Shown: piece by piece, positions 37,583 through 48,790 of the stretch
Numbering within the stretch: position 1 is the stretch's first letter
Layout of the letters: each line of letters opens with the position of its first letter
Sequence record: MF547663.1
Source: Clostridioides phage LIBA2945
Direction: 5' to 3' (one strand)
DNA length: 64,000 nt
Notes under the pieces: model-generated
Told to the model about the DNA's origin: nothing
The model's input: the letters and a program-made list of their open reading frames with translations, nothing else
The model's database searches: none
Position numbers and translations under genes: made by a program

Positions 37583-39298
37583 ATGCATTTTAATGTGAAT
37601 CTTAAACAGATAAAATCTGATTACACATTAACCATTCACAAGATGAACAAATCATTTTTAGGTCAAATTCCAATCAACTTTTTAAACTCGATAAAGCGGG
37701 AGCTTGGTGGAGTAGATGAAATACAACTGACCATTCCAAAATATATTACAGATAGATTTTTATTTAATAAAATAATAAATCCCATTTTTGAAGAAGTAAA
37801 AGAAGAACGTCTTATTTGTCTTAATAATAAAGAGTACTTTGTAATTAAGAATGTTGTAACAACAGATGATAAGTTAAAAGTAGTAACAGCTAAATCTAAA
37901 GAAGTTAAACTAGGAAAAATTGATGTGAATATTGAGGACTATGGATTACAGATGTTTACCAAAGATGAAGAAGCATCTATTATATCTCTTAATGATTATT
38001 TAAAACAAGAGACAGGCTGGAAACTTGGTTATGTGGATGATTCAATTGCTTATGAAACTGATAGTGAAGGTAATAAGAGAGAAAAGGTAAGATGGCAAGA
38101 AAGTATTAATTCTAACTGGTTAGACTATTTTAATAATGAACTAAAAGAACAATTTGAATGTATAGCTGATTTTGATACTTATAATAATTTAGTTAATTTG
38201 TATCATATAGATAGTTTTGGAGATAACATTCAGTTATATTTATCTCATGATAACTACATAAAATCACTTGAAAGAACTACAAATAGTGATGATATAGTAA
38301 CTAGACTGAAGCTTGAAGGTAGTGAAGATATGAATGTAATAGGAGCTACAGTTACAGGATATGATTACATTGAGAACTATTCTTATTTCTTAGACAATAA
38401 AGAAATGAGTGAAGAACTTAGTAGAGCTATAAAGAAATACCAAGAAATGAATGAAATAAGAGAGCCAATTTGGAGAGAACTAATAGATACAAAGCTTAAG
38501 AAGCAAAGAGAACGTGATAGTAAAAGCAACGAATGGCAAATGGTAATAGAGATGATAAGTAAGAAAAAAGATATAAAAAAGACATATGATAATCCACAGC
38601 ATAAAGATGAAATAAATTCAGCTAAAATAGCAGTAGAGATAAGTGAACTAGAAGATAAAAAAGTCATATTGGATGTTCAAATAAAACATTTAGAAGAAGA
38701 AATAGCTAAGTTAAATGAAAGTATAAAAGATATAAATATTCTTTGTAAGAGGGAGACTTCAACTGATGAGGATGGATATCTAATATTTAATGAGGTTCTA
38801 TTAGATGAATTAAATGAGTTCCTCTACTATGACACTTATACAAATGATGCTTTTTTAAAAGTTGAAGATTTAATAGCAGAAGGTAAAAGGCAATTAAGTT
38901 TGAAATGTATTCCAACACGAGAATGGACTCTGGATGTTATAAACTTCTTAGATAGAATTATAGATATTAATTTTAGACAGCATTGGAAGGGTGATTTGAG
39001 CTTAGGAGATATTATAGTGTTACATAGCAAAGAATCTAAAGAAGAAGAATTAGTATATTTTACATCTTTTACCCAGAATTTAAAAAACGGGAAGTTAGAT
39101 ACTTTAGAATTAACTTTAAGTAATAAAAAAATAAAAGAAGATGACAAAAGAACTATAGCTGATTATTTGACTAAAGCTGAACACGCAACAAGAACATTGA
39201 ACTCTAAAAGACATTTATTTATTCAGCAACAGAAGAAAAGAATTAACCTACCAGATGAATATATTCCTAAGAAAAATATACAAAAGGAGTTGATGTAG
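37583..39298 (+). CDS. tail tip protein (Tal/prophage-tail N-terminal domain-like; could alternatively be the Dit)
   Basis: N-terminus (IHKMNKSFLGQIPINFLNSIKRELGGVDEIQLTIPKY) resembles the conserved start of siphovirus tail-tip (Tal) N-terminal domains. First structural gene after TMP. Confidence 0.45.
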   Translation: MHFNVNLKQIKSDYTLTIHKMNKSFLGQIPINFLNSIKRELGGVDEIQLTIPKYITDRFLFNKIINPIFEEVKEERLICLNNKEYFVIKNVVTTDDKLKVVTAKSKEVKLGKIDVNIEDYGLQMFTKDEEASIISLNDYLKQETGWKLGYVDDSIAYETDSEGNKREKVRWQESINSNWLDYFNNELKEQFECIADFDTYNNLVNLYHIDSFGDNIQLYLSHDNYIKSLERTTNSDDIVTRLKLEGSEDMNVIGATVTGYDYIENYSYFLDNKEMSEELSRAIKKYQEMNEIREPIWRELIDTKLKKQRERDSKSNEWQMVIEMISKKKDIKKTYDNPQHKDEINSAKIAVEISELEDKKVILDVQIKHLEEEIAKLNESIKDINILCKRETSTDEDGYLIFNEVLLDELNEFLYYDTYTNDAFLKVEDLIAEGKRQLSLKCIPTREWTLDVINFLDRIIDINFRQHWKGDLSLGDIIVLHSKESKEEELVYFTSFTQNLKNGKLDTLELTLSNKKIKEDDKRTIADYLTKAEHATRTLNSKRHLFIQQQKKRINLPDEYIPKKNIQKELM

Positions 39299-39299
39299 A

Positions 39300-41228
39300 T
39301 TGATATTAGATAATTCACCAGCGGATAGCTGGATAAGAATTACTGGAGTAATTGTTACTTACAATAACACACTTTATCAAGTAGTAGATAAAGAGACAAA
39401 TAAAAAATATATATACTGGGATGCTGATAATCCAGGGACATTGAAAGTTTCTAATGTAAGATTACCAGAAGGAAATACACAATTTTTAGTAGTTGTAAAT
39501 GATAATGGAAAGCATACAGAAGTTCCTACAAACTCATCAATATTCAATATATCTTTTGATGGTAATTCAAGAAAAAATACTGAAGAACAAATCTGGGGAT
39601 TGTATGAAACAGATGAAAAACACAATGAAAAGTTTGTAGTTATTGAAAAAGATATTGATGGAATACATCAAACAGTTTTAGAGGTACAAGAAGATGCATC
39701 TCATATAAAAGAAAATATGTCTCTTATAGACCAGAGAGCTGAAAATGTAAATATATTAGTAAAAGAAGTAACTAAAAATTTTGGTGGTTCACAAGAAAAT
39801 ATAACATTAAGAGAAAACATAAATAAGGCTATAATTAAGTTAAATACAGACTTAGGAACATTTAGCTCTAATATGTCTAATTATTTTAACGATAATGAGA
39901 TTACAGATGAAGAAAAAGAAAAGATTGATATTGAACTTAATTTATTAGATACAGACAAAGCAAGTTTATATACAGAGCTACAAAAACTTATTGATAGAAC
40001 TACTGGAGTAGACTTAGTAGCAATAAACACTTCAAAAACAGCATTGGATGCAGCAAGTACCAATCTAAACTCTATAATTGATTCAGTTATTTCAGATAGT
40101 ATAATTACACCTTCAGACAGAATTTTAGCTATAAATGCAAATGCTCAATATAACTTAAAGATAAATGAACTTAAAAATACAGTGGATAGAATTTATATAA
40201 CAGGTATGGGTGGAAGTATATCAGAGGAATTTTCACAGATAAATGCTACAGCTAAAGAAATAAAATTAGAAGTAGCAAAAGTTGATGGTGCAACTAAAAC
40301 AAATGCTGCTGAAATTAAATTAACTAAAGACGATATAACAATGATGGTTACAAGGAATAATTCTGGCTCAATTGTAGGAATTAAACCTGATAAAATTGAA
40401 TTTGGATTCAATGATATATCAAATTATGTAGAGATAAGCAGGAGTGGTCTAACAGTAAATCAAGGAGCTATAGCATGTGATATATTAACTACTCCATCTG
40501 GTCATGAACCAATAATCAGATTATTTGGAAGTAGTAGGTCTGGATTTGCAATAGATGCAAGAAGGTCTGATGGTTCTAGTCAAGCCTCAGCAATAAGATT
40601 AAAATATGATAGCAATAATTATTTTTGGGTAGGATATGATACTGCTGAGATTTATGTTGATGGAGAAGAACACTTTATTGTTGAAAGAGATGATACTTTT
40701 GTAAGATGTGGAGGAGCTACATTTACATTTACAAATGGAGATAGTTTAGGTATAGGATATTCATTTTATCCAGAGCGTTCATCAACTGATTTAGGTTGTG
40801 ATGATTATAAATGGAGGTATTTATATTCACGTTCTACTCTAAGTGAATCTGACAAAAAGTTTAAAGAGAATATAGTATACATAAAAGATATTAAGAATAG
40901 AACTCGTTCAAGTATAACGCCAACACCATTTTTAGATTTTATAAAAGATGAATTTAAACCAGCAACATTTGATTATATTGTATCAGCAGAAAAAGATAGA
41001 ACAATTGCAGACAGTCAAATAGGGTTTATAGCTAATGATTTTAAAGATAGTTATGTTGGAAAAACATTTCTATATGATTATGGAGAAGAAAATGGATTAA
41101 TGTTTAGCCCATCTGGTTATACAACTGTTGTAGCAACTGCACTTCAAGAGGAAATACAAAAAAGAGAAGAATTGGAAATGATAGTTAGTGAATTAAATGA
41201 GAAAATTAATAATTTAGGAGGATATTAA
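39300..41228 (+). CDS. tail fibre protein with C-terminal intramolecular-chaperone (peptidase S74-like) domain
   Basis: C-terminal SDKKFKENIVYIKD...LDFIKDEF...GYTTVVATALQEEIQKREELE matches the endosialidase-chaperone autoproteolytic domain pattern. Confidence 0.55.
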   Translation: MILDNSPADSWIRITGVIVTYNNTLYQVVDKETNKKYIYWDADNPGTLKVSNVRLPEGNTQFLVVVNDNGKHTEVPTNSSIFNISFDGNSRKNTEEQIWGLYETDEKHNEKFVVIEKDIDGIHQTVLEVQEDASHIKENMSLIDQRAENVNILVKEVTKNFGGSQENITLRENINKAIIKLNTDLGTFSSNMSNYFNDNEITDEEKEKIDIELNLLDTDKASLYTELQKLIDRTTGVDLVAINTSKTALDAASTNLNSIIDSVISDSIITPSDRILAINANAQYNLKINELKNTVDRIYITGMGGSISEEFSQINATAKEIKLEVAKVDGATKTNAAEIKLTKDDITMMVTRNNSGSIVGIKPDKIEFGFNDISNYVEISRSGLTVNQGAIACDILTTPSGHEPIIRLFGSSRSGFAIDARRSDGSSQASAIRLKYDSNNYFWVGYDTAEIYVDGEEHFIVERDDTFVRCGGATFTFTNGDSLGIGYSFYPERSSTDLGCDDYKWRYLYSRSTLSESDKKFKENIVYIKDIKNRTRSSITPTPFLDFIKDEFKPATFDYIVSAEKDRTIADSQIGFIANDFKDSYVGKTFLYDYGEENGLMFSPSGYTTVVATALQEEIQKREELEMIVSELNEKINNLGGY

Positions 41229-41229
41229 T

Positions 41230-41385
41230 ATGGAAGTAAATTTACAAAAAGCATATACAGTAGCATTTGAAGAGATAAAAAGTTTATATAATGAACTAAT
41301 ACTTTATAAAGCACTTAACATGCAACAACAAGAAGAAATTGAGAACTTGAAAAAAGAACTAGAAGAACAAAATAAAGAACAATAG
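41230..41385 (+). CDS. small coiled-coil protein (51 aa)
   Basis: ATG at 41230 overlaps the upstream stop. Sequence is charged and helical. Confidence 0.35.
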   Translation: MEVNLQKAYTVAFEEIKSLYNELILYKALNMQQQEEIENLKKELEEQNKEQ

Positions 41386-41396
41386 GATGTGATACT

Positions 41397-43472
41397 TTGA
41401 AAAATTATGAAATAAAGAATCATACCATAGAAGTAGATTTTAGTAATTATAGAATAAATAAAAGGTTACTAGACTATTTTATTTATAATGAAAATGATGT
41501 TAAAACAGCTTATATTGAAGCAATATTGAAAAATAAAGATGAAATAATAGATTTATCTGAATATGATAGAGTTTTAGTTAGCATTACAAAAAGTGATGGA
41601 CAAAAGGTTAATGGTGAATGTGAAGTTGTAGATGCAGAAAATGGTGTTGTAGAGATAGAACTTAGTCGACAAGCACTTGCAAGTGTTGGTATAAATACAT
41701 TTCAACTATCCCTTGTGAAAGAGGGAACTCTACTTAATACTACAAATCTTTATTATAGAGTTGAAGAGGGTATGATTAATGATGATGATATCACCTCAAC
41801 TGATGAATATGGAGTATTATTGGTAATAATAGCCCAAGCAGAAGAGATTATAAAAAACAATAAAGAGTTAACTAAAAGAGTTGAACAACTTGAAATAACT
41901 ATCTTAGGAAATGAAGAAGTTAGGGATAAAGCAGAGCAGATTAGGATTTATAATGAAGATATAAGAAACATACAAGAAGAAGAAAGAGAGTTTAATGAGT
42001 TAACACGTCAAAACCAAGAAGCAAATCGTGAAGAATCCATTCAGAATATGCAAATCCAAGTTGATGATAAACTTACTGATTGTCAACTCCAATTAGATGA
42101 AATGATAGATGCCAAGTCTGAAGAAATAGACAATATTGTTGATGATAAAATGCTTGATGTCCAAGCTCAAACAGATAAGAAATTTCAGGACTTAGATACT
42201 AGAGCTAATAATATTTTTGATTTATATGATAAGACATTTGAAGATAAGCTTACAGACAACCAAGAACAAATTGATTATAAACTTGATGAAGTAAATCAGG
42301 CTATATCTAATGTAGAAGATTGTATTGATAAAAGTACTACAAAATTAGATACAAAGATAAAAGAAATAGATGACAAAATAGTTGAAGTAAATACTGCTAA
42401 GACAGATATGACAACAACTGTATCTAACAAAATAACTGAATTTGAAAATAGATTTAGTGAATTAGAAAGTCTTGATGCTAGAGGCGAGTTAATACAAGCT
42501 AGAGAAACTATTGATGGAAATGTAAAGGACACTTTAAAGGATAGATTAACATATGATTTTGAGAAAGTTAATGAGAAAATTGCTGAGATGACTTCTGCTG
42601 CAACTAATGTAGCTTTTAGTAAATCTTATGTTGAATCGGATTGGGTTGCTGATGGAGAATATTTTAAACTTATAGTTAATCATAATTTAGTTACAGAAAA
42701 TATATTTGTAGCAATATTAGATGAAGCAACTAAGAAAAGTATGACTAATTCTTATACTATAGTAGATTCTAATACGATAGAAATATTTAATGAAAGTAAC
42801 ATAAATGTAAGAGTAACTGTTGTAAATGGTAATACAAACAAAGAAGTTATACAAGCTACAATAAATGATAACATAACAACACTAGATAGTACTTATTCTA
42901 GTGTTAAAATTGATGCAAAAATTGATGAGAGTCTAATTAAGATAAATGAAAATAAAAGTAATATAGCTACTAACTTAGAGAAGATAAATCTAATACAAAA
43001 TAAAGTTGGTTCAAGTGAATTAAGTACAATATCTAAAAATATATCAGATGCAGTAAATGAATTAGATGCTAGTGTAAAAATTCTTGAGGCTGGTGGAAAC
43101 TTAGGTCAACAATTAGACAGTTTAAAAGCCAAGTATGACGCACTTTCTAATAAAGTCTTAGATATAGCAGTTTATTTGGAATTGGAATCTGGCTTACTTC
43201 CAGATGAAGTAGGACACTGGTTTGATGGTTTGTCTGATGATAAAGCGATATTATCTATTGATGGAGATTTAAAACTAGATACAGAAAATAGGAAAATACA
43301 AGGTGCTACTGGTAGTGTTACATTCAATAGAATAACAATTCCTTTTGAATGTAAAAAATTAAGATATATACATGAACTAAATGATAATTATATAGAAACT
43401 GTATCTGATAAGAATATATCTATTGGTACAACTATAATAGATTTAGACAAATATTCTTACGAAATTAAATAA
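41397..43472 (+). CDS. tail fibre/needle protein with long coiled coil (TTG start)
   Basis: 691 aa, with an extended heptad-rich central region. Confidence 0.4.
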   Translation: MKNYEIKNHTIEVDFSNYRINKRLLDYFIYNENDVKTAYIEAILKNKDEIIDLSEYDRVLVSITKSDGQKVNGECEVVDAENGVVEIELSRQALASVGINTFQLSLVKEGTLLNTTNLYYRVEEGMINDDDITSTDEYGVLLVIIAQAEEIIKNNKELTKRVEQLEITILGNEEVRDKAEQIRIYNEDIRNIQEEEREFNELTRQNQEANREESIQNMQIQVDDKLTDCQLQLDEMIDAKSEEIDNIVDDKMLDVQAQTDKKFQDLDTRANNIFDLYDKTFEDKLTDNQEQIDYKLDEVNQAISNVEDCIDKSTTKLDTKIKEIDDKIVEVNTAKTDMTTTVSNKITEFENRFSELESLDARGELIQARETIDGNVKDTLKDRLTYDFEKVNEKIAEMTSAATNVAFSKSYVESDWVADGEYFKLIVNHNLVTENIFVAILDEATKKSMTNSYTIVDSNTIEIFNESNINVRVTVVNGNTNKEVIQATINDNITTLDSTYSSVKIDAKIDESLIKINENKSNIATNLEKINLIQNKVGSSELSTISKNISDAVNELDASVKILEAGGNLGQQLDSLKAKYDALSNKVLDIAVYLELESGLLPDEVGHWFDGLSDDKAILSIDGDLKLDTENRKIQGATGSVTFNRITIPFECKKLRYIHELNDNYIETVSDKNISIGTTIIDLDKYSYEIK

Positions 43473-43488
43473 ATAGAGGTGGAAAAAC

Positions 43489-46400
43489 TTGAAAGAAAAT
43501 AAATTAATACAGCGTGGAAGATATTTTGATACTATTTATGAGATTGAGGATTTTGAACCAGAATTTGATAAATATGATTTTGTTAAAATGTTTACTTCAA
43601 AATATATAGACTGTACATATGGTTTGAAATCTGATGAAACATTGTGGGTAACAGGAAATAATCAAGTGGTTGGAAAATATAGTCCAAGAAATAATAACAT
43701 TTCACGTAGAGTAGATACATTTACAAAAATTGATGGGGTATCCAATATAAAAGATATTGCAATAGGAAGTGAGCATACTGTAATTTTAAAAAAAGATGGA
43801 ACTTTATTAGGTGTTGGTCAAAATTCAAATGGAGCATTAGGGCTTGGGGGAGATATTACAGTAGCAACAACTTTTACTAAACTACCTATAGAAGATGTTG
43901 TGAAAGTTGTTGTTGGAAGTGGACTTACTATAGCATTAAAATCTAATGGAGAGTTGTATTTTACTGGTTATAATGGTAGTCAACAATTTGATAACTTAGA
44001 GAATACAAATACTTTTATTAAATTATCAATAACAGATGTAAAGGATATAGATTGTGGTGATGGTTTTACTTTTATATTAAAAACTAATGGGGAATTATAT
44101 TCATGTGGTAGTAATTCATATGGACAATTAGGACTAGGAGACAATACTAATAGAAATACTTTTACTAAAGTTAATATAGATAATGTAAAAGAAATATCTT
44201 GTGGTAGATACAATTCATTTATAATAAAAAATGATGATTCTTTATATGGATGTGGATACAATACAGAAGGTCAATTAGGATTAGGTGATATTACCAATAG
44301 AAATGTATTTACCAACATGGCTCTTAATGTAAAAAAAGTTGTATATGGAATAAATTCTACTATAATTCTAAAAAATGATGATTCTTTATATGGATGTGGA
44401 CGAAATACATATGGACAATTAGGTTTGAGAAATGTTCCTAATCCTAAAACATTCATTAAAATTGGTATAAATAATATAAAGGACATATATTGCGGAAATA
44501 ATCATACGATTATGATAAGAAATGATAATAAACTTTTATTCTGTGGAACTAATAGAGAATCACAAATAGGCAATCCAAATAATATAAATTATCCTGTAGA
44601 CGTATTTACAGAATATAAAAGTGCTGAGGTGTTGGGATATAATAAATCTGTTACCATGAACAATAAAAACTATCTTATAAAAGAAAATGGGGATTATATT
44701 TGTTATGGAAACATAAAAAAAATTGTATCTGTTGAAGGTTCGACTTATGCATTACTAGAAAATGGTGAACTATGGGTATCTGGGAATAATACAGATGGAC
44801 AATTAGGATTAAATCATAAAGTAACTCAAAATTATTTTACTAGAGTTCCAATAGATAATATAAGAGATGTTGTTTGTGGTGCTTACTATGCTTTTATAAT
44901 AAAAAACGATGATACTGTATGGGTGACTGGACTTAATAATTCTGGGCAATTAGGAACTGGCAATACTTCTCAACTACAAAAATTTACAAAAATCTCCATA
45001 GATAATGTAAAAAAAATTGCATGTGGTCGTTCTCATGTTTTAATATTAAAAAATGATAATAGTATATGGGGTGCAGGAGCAGGTTATTATTTAGGAATAG
45101 GTACTACTAGTAGTACAGGTATAACATCCTTTACAAAAGTTCCTATAGATGATGTAAGAGATATAGCATGTGGATATGAATGCTCTATAATATTAAAAAA
45201 TGATAATAGTATATGGGGTGCAGGAGCAAATCATAGTGGTCAATTAGGGAAAACCTCAAATAATAGTGTGGAAAAATATTTTATAGAATTATCTATAAAT
45301 AAAGCAGTAAAGGTGAAAGAAATATATTGTGGGATTTATCATACATTAATATTGAAAACTAATGGAGAATTATATGGATGTGGTAGTAATACACAAGGAC
45401 AATTAGGAAGAAGGATTTCTACAGACAAATTAGAACAATTTACTTTAATAGAAACTGATACCACTCATATATGTAACAATCATTGCGAATCATATAATAC
45501 ACTTATAATAGATTCTATCGGAAGGTTAAAAGCTACTGGTCAAAATAATTATAATCAATTAGGTTTAGAAAATAATAAAACTACACTAATAGAAAGTTTT
45601 ACTCCTACAAATATTGTAATCGGACAAGGTAATAATAGATATATTGCTGGTGGTAGTGATTGTACATTTTTAGTAAAAACTGATGGTAAAGTGTATGGTA
45701 TAGGAAATAGACTTAATGGAAGGTTTGGTACAGGTTCAGATAGTGTAGCAGCATCTACATTTACAAGAATTGGTTTTGAATTTAATAGTACAGAAATAGA
45801 CTATAATAATGATTTTAGGATAGCAACTACTAATGTAAATGATTATATGAGTGTCTTTTTAAAAAAAAGTAATGGAGAATTATATGGTGTGGGGAATAAC
45901 ACATATGGTCAATTAGGTATCGGAAACAATTCTACATGTCATTACTTTTATCCAATAAATATAAAAAATATAAAAGATGTGATATGTGGATTAAATTATA
46001 CCTTAATATTAAAAAAAGATGGAGAGTTATTAGTTACAGGTAATACTTCAAGTCAAAAAGCATTAGACACCAAAACCTTGTTAACTAGTGAACCGTATAG
46101 ATTTAATCAAGTGAGTACTATAAGTAATGTAGAAAAGGTTGTATGTGGTTCACTAATTGTTTTTGCGTTACTTGGTGATGGAAGATTATATAGTACAGGA
46201 ACTAATACATATGGTCAATTAGGATTAGGTGATATTGCCAATAGAGATAGTTTTGCAAGGGTCAATATAAATAATGTAAAAGAAATTGCGTGTGGGATAA
46301 GTCATACATTAATATTAACAAGTAATGGAGAATTATATGCCACAGGGAGAAATGATGAAGGTCAATTAGGACTAGGAGACAATACTAATAGAAATACTTT

Positions 46401-48372
46401 TACTAAAGTTAATATAAATAATGTAAGAAAAGTAATATGTGGTGCTTATTACACATTGGTGTTAACAAATGATGGAGAATTATATGCTACTGGAAGAAAT
46501 AAAGAGGGGCAGTTGGGACTAGGTGATATTGTTAATAGAGATACTTTTACTAAAGTTAATATAGATAATGTGAAGGAAATATCCTGTGGTCTTGACCATA
46601 CATTAGTATTGAAAAATAATGGAGAATTATATGGATGTGGGAGTAATGGACAGGGGCAATTAGGATTAGGAGATAACACTGGCAGAAATACTTTTACTAA
46701 GATTAATATAGATAATGTTAAAGGTATTAATGCAGGTGGTCGTTCATCTTATATTTATAAAAACGATGGAAGTGTTTTTTCTACTGGACAAAATACATAT
46801 GGATTATTAGGATTGGGTGATGTTACTAACAGAAATATTTTTACTAAGGTTAATATTAAAATTTTTGACTTTGAAAAAATAACAGATTGTATAGTCAATA
46901 ATAATTTTAATTTAGTAAATAATAAATTTTTAATACCTACAAAAGATACTAAATATCAACATTATGTAACTTCGTCTGATGATTTTAATTACAACGAAAT
47001 ACTAGGCTCTCAATATCCTGTTTCACCTTATGCTAATGAAGTATTAGAATTGCCTTTCAATAATATAAAAGAATTTTGGATGTCTAAAACACATTCTTTA
47101 ATTGTTAATACTGATGGAGAATTATATGGATGTGGTAAAAATACTTATGGACAATTATTAAATCCATTAACAACAACTTCTTTGCTAGAGTTTACTAAGT
47201 TAAACTTTGATAATATTAAACAAGCTTCATGTGGAAATGGATTTTCATATTTTGTTAGAAATGATGGAGCTTTATTTTCTTGTGGTTTAAATTCAAATGG
47301 TCAATTAGGACTGGGTCATAATAATGATGTTTCTGAACCTCAACTGATTACAACAATATCTAATGTAAAAAAAGTAATGTGTGATAATAATTTTACATTA
47401 GCTTTATTAAATAACAATGAATTGTATGCACAAGGATACAATAGATTTGGTAACTTTGGTTTAGGTGAAGAGAAAAAAGATACTATAATACCTTTATTCA
47501 CTAAAATTGCTACAAATGTGGAAGATGTAGAAATAGGCACTAATTATATTTTACTTAGAAAAACAGATAATACAGTTTATATTAGTGGTAGAATAAGAGA
47601 TTGTTATAATATAGAAGAAAACAATATATATGTTTTTAATGAAATTAAAACACCTTCTAGTATATACAAAGAAAATTTAGTATGGGTTAATCCTGTAAAT
47701 GATGAAACTGTATCTTTAATTTATAAAGTAAATTCAGTTAATTCAACTATTGAAATTATTGAAAAAACAATCTCTGGAATAAAGTTAAAAATAAATGATG
47801 ATGGTAATGAAATTATAAAAATAGAAATGTATATAAATAATGAGTTGATTACTACTATGACAGAATTTACAAATAAATATTCTCAATTTACCATACCATT
47901 AGATAAATTAGTTCTTGGGAGAAATAATATTGTATTTAAAGGATATGATAATTTTAAAGGAAATATATATACTTCTTTGACAATAAATAAAGAAAATAAT
48001 TCTATATATGTATCTGAAAATTCAAGTTTATTAATTAATGGAAAAAGATATACTGTTCAATCTGTTTCAGAATCTGAGGGTAAGGTCACAGTAAATTTAG
48101 ATAGAGGTTTAGAAGGAAATGTTAATGTGGGTGATATAATATATCAATTAATCAATAGGTTAAATGTTCAAATAAAAACTAATAACACTGGTATGCATAA
48201 AGATGCTAAATTGCTAGAAATGAAAAAAGTTGACACAGGTTATCAAGAAATATATGAGTTTAAAGAAAATGGAATTAAAGAAGTAGAACCTAAAATTATT
48301 GTAAATGGAAATGAAGATACAGCAATAAAAAGACCATCTATGATATTTTCTATAGATGAGACTACACTTTAG
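43489..48372 (+). CDS. giant RCC1-repeat (beta-propeller) tail protein, candidate receptor-binding protein
   Basis: More than 20 repeats of the RCC1 signature (GxNxxGQLGLGD...). TTG start with SD agaggtgg. Confidence 0.7.
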   Translation: MKENKLIQRGRYFDTIYEIEDFEPEFDKYDFVKMFTSKYIDCTYGLKSDETLWVTGNNQVVGKYSPRNNNISRRVDTFTKIDGVSNIKDIAIGSEHTVILKKDGTLLGVGQNSNGALGLGGDITVATTFTKLPIEDVVKVVVGSGLTIALKSNGELYFTGYNGSQQFDNLENTNTFIKLSITDVKDIDCGDGFTFILKTNGELYSCGSNSYGQLGLGDNTNRNTFTKVNIDNVKEISCGRYNSFIIKNDDSLYGCGYNTEGQLGLGDITNRNVFTNMALNVKKVVYGINSTIILKNDDSLYGCGRNTYGQLGLRNVPNPKTFIKIGINNIKDIYCGNNHTIMIRNDNKLLFCGTNRESQIGNPNNINYPVDVFTEYKSAEVLGYNKSVTMNNKNYLIKENGDYICYGNIKKIVSVEGSTYALLENGELWVSGNNTDGQLGLNHKVTQNYFTRVPIDNIRDVVCGAYYAFIIKNDDTVWVTGLNNSGQLGTGNTSQLQKFTKISIDNVKKIACGRSHVLILKNDNSIWGAGAGYYLGIGTTSSTGITSFTKVPIDDVRDIACGYECSIILKNDNSIWGAGANHSGQLGKTSNNSVEKYFIELSINKAVKVKEIYCGIYHTLILKTNGELYGCGSNTQGQLGRRISTDKLEQFTLIETDTTHICNNHCESYNTLIIDSIGRLKATGQNNYNQLGLENNKTTLIESFTPTNIVIGQGNNRYIAGGSDCTFLVKTDGKVYGIGNRLNGRFGTGSDSVAASTFTRIGFEFNSTEIDYNNDFRIATTNVNDYMSVFLKKSNGELYGVGNNTYGQLGIGNNSTCHYFYPINIKNIKDVICGLNYTLILKKDGELLVTGNTSSQKALDTKTLLTSEPYRFNQVSTISNVEKVVCGSLIVFALLGDGRLYSTGTNTYGQLGLGDIANRDSFARVNINNVKEIACGISHTLILTSNGELYATGRNDEGQLGLGDNTNRNTFTKVNINNVRKVICGAYYTLVLTNDGELYATGRNKEGQLGLGDIVNRDTFTKVNIDNVKEISCGLDHTLVLKNNGELYGCGSNGQGQLGLGDNTGRNTFTKINIDNVKGINAGGRSSYIYKNDGSVFSTGQNTYGLLGLGDVTNRNIFTKVNIKIFDFEKITDCIVNNNFNLVNNKFLIPTKDTKYQHYVTSSDDFNYNEILGSQYPVSPYANEVLELPFNNIKEFWMSKTHSLIVNTDGELYGCGKNTYGQLLNPLTTTSLLEFTKLNFDNIKQASCGNGFSYFVRNDGALFSCGLNSNGQLGLGHNNDVSEPQLITTISNVKKVMCDNNFTLALLNNNELYAQGYNRFGNFGLGEEKKDTIIPLFTKIATNVEDVEIGTNYILLRKTDNTVYISGRIRDCYNIEENNIYVFNEIKTPSSIYKENLVWVNPVNDETVSLIYKVNSVNSTIEIIEKTISGIKLKINDDGNEIIKIEMYINNELITTMTEFTNKYSQFTIPLDKLVLGRNNIVFKGYDNFKGNIYTSLTINKENNSIYVSENSSLLINGKRYTVQSVSESEGKVTVNLDRGLEGNVNVGDIIYQLINRLNVQIKTNNTGMHKDAKLLEMKKVDTGYQEIYEFKENGIKEVEPKIIVNGNEDTAIKRPSMIFSIDETTL

Positions 48373-48385
48373 AAGGGATTAAATT

Positions 48386-48712
48386 ATGAACGTAAATATA
48401 AATGAAGAAAAAATTGAAAAGCTTAAGCAGAAAAAGAAAATAAGTAATTTAAATATAAGTCAAAAAACGCAAGATAATGACATTACAGATTTAATGTTAG
48501 CAACTGCTGAAATATGTGAAATGGTATTAAGTAGTCAACAGACATCTACTATGTCATTAAGAAATATAAAATTAAATGAAGGAGGAAGTAGTATGGCAGC
48601 AATTTATGTGGGATTGATAGAGAGAGGTTTAAAAACAATTGACCAAGTACCTGTAAAATACAGAGAAGAAGTAAGAAAAATGTGTGAAGCATTAGAGATT
48701 TCATTATCATAG
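48386..48712 (+). CDS. hypothetical protein
   Basis: Position in the tail module. Confidence 0.35.
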   Translation: MNVNINEEKIEKLKQKKKISNLNISQKTQDNDITDLMLATAEICEMVLSSQQTSTMSLRNIKLNEGGSSMAAIYVGLIERGLKTIDQVPVKYREEVRKMCEALEISLS

Positions 48713-48790
48713 AATTGTAAGAGTTCTTTTTTTATGTTCAAAATAGAGAGTTACTAATGTAGCTCTCTAACTTAAAAAGAAGGTGATAAA

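Noticed and set aside
43980-46679. Minus-strand ORFs inside the RCC1-repeat gene (43980..44261, 44271..44486, 46449..46679) with repeated PNCPY peptides
   Set aside because: They are antisense reading frames created by the periodic GQLGLGD-encoding repeats on the plus strand. They have no SD or promoter.
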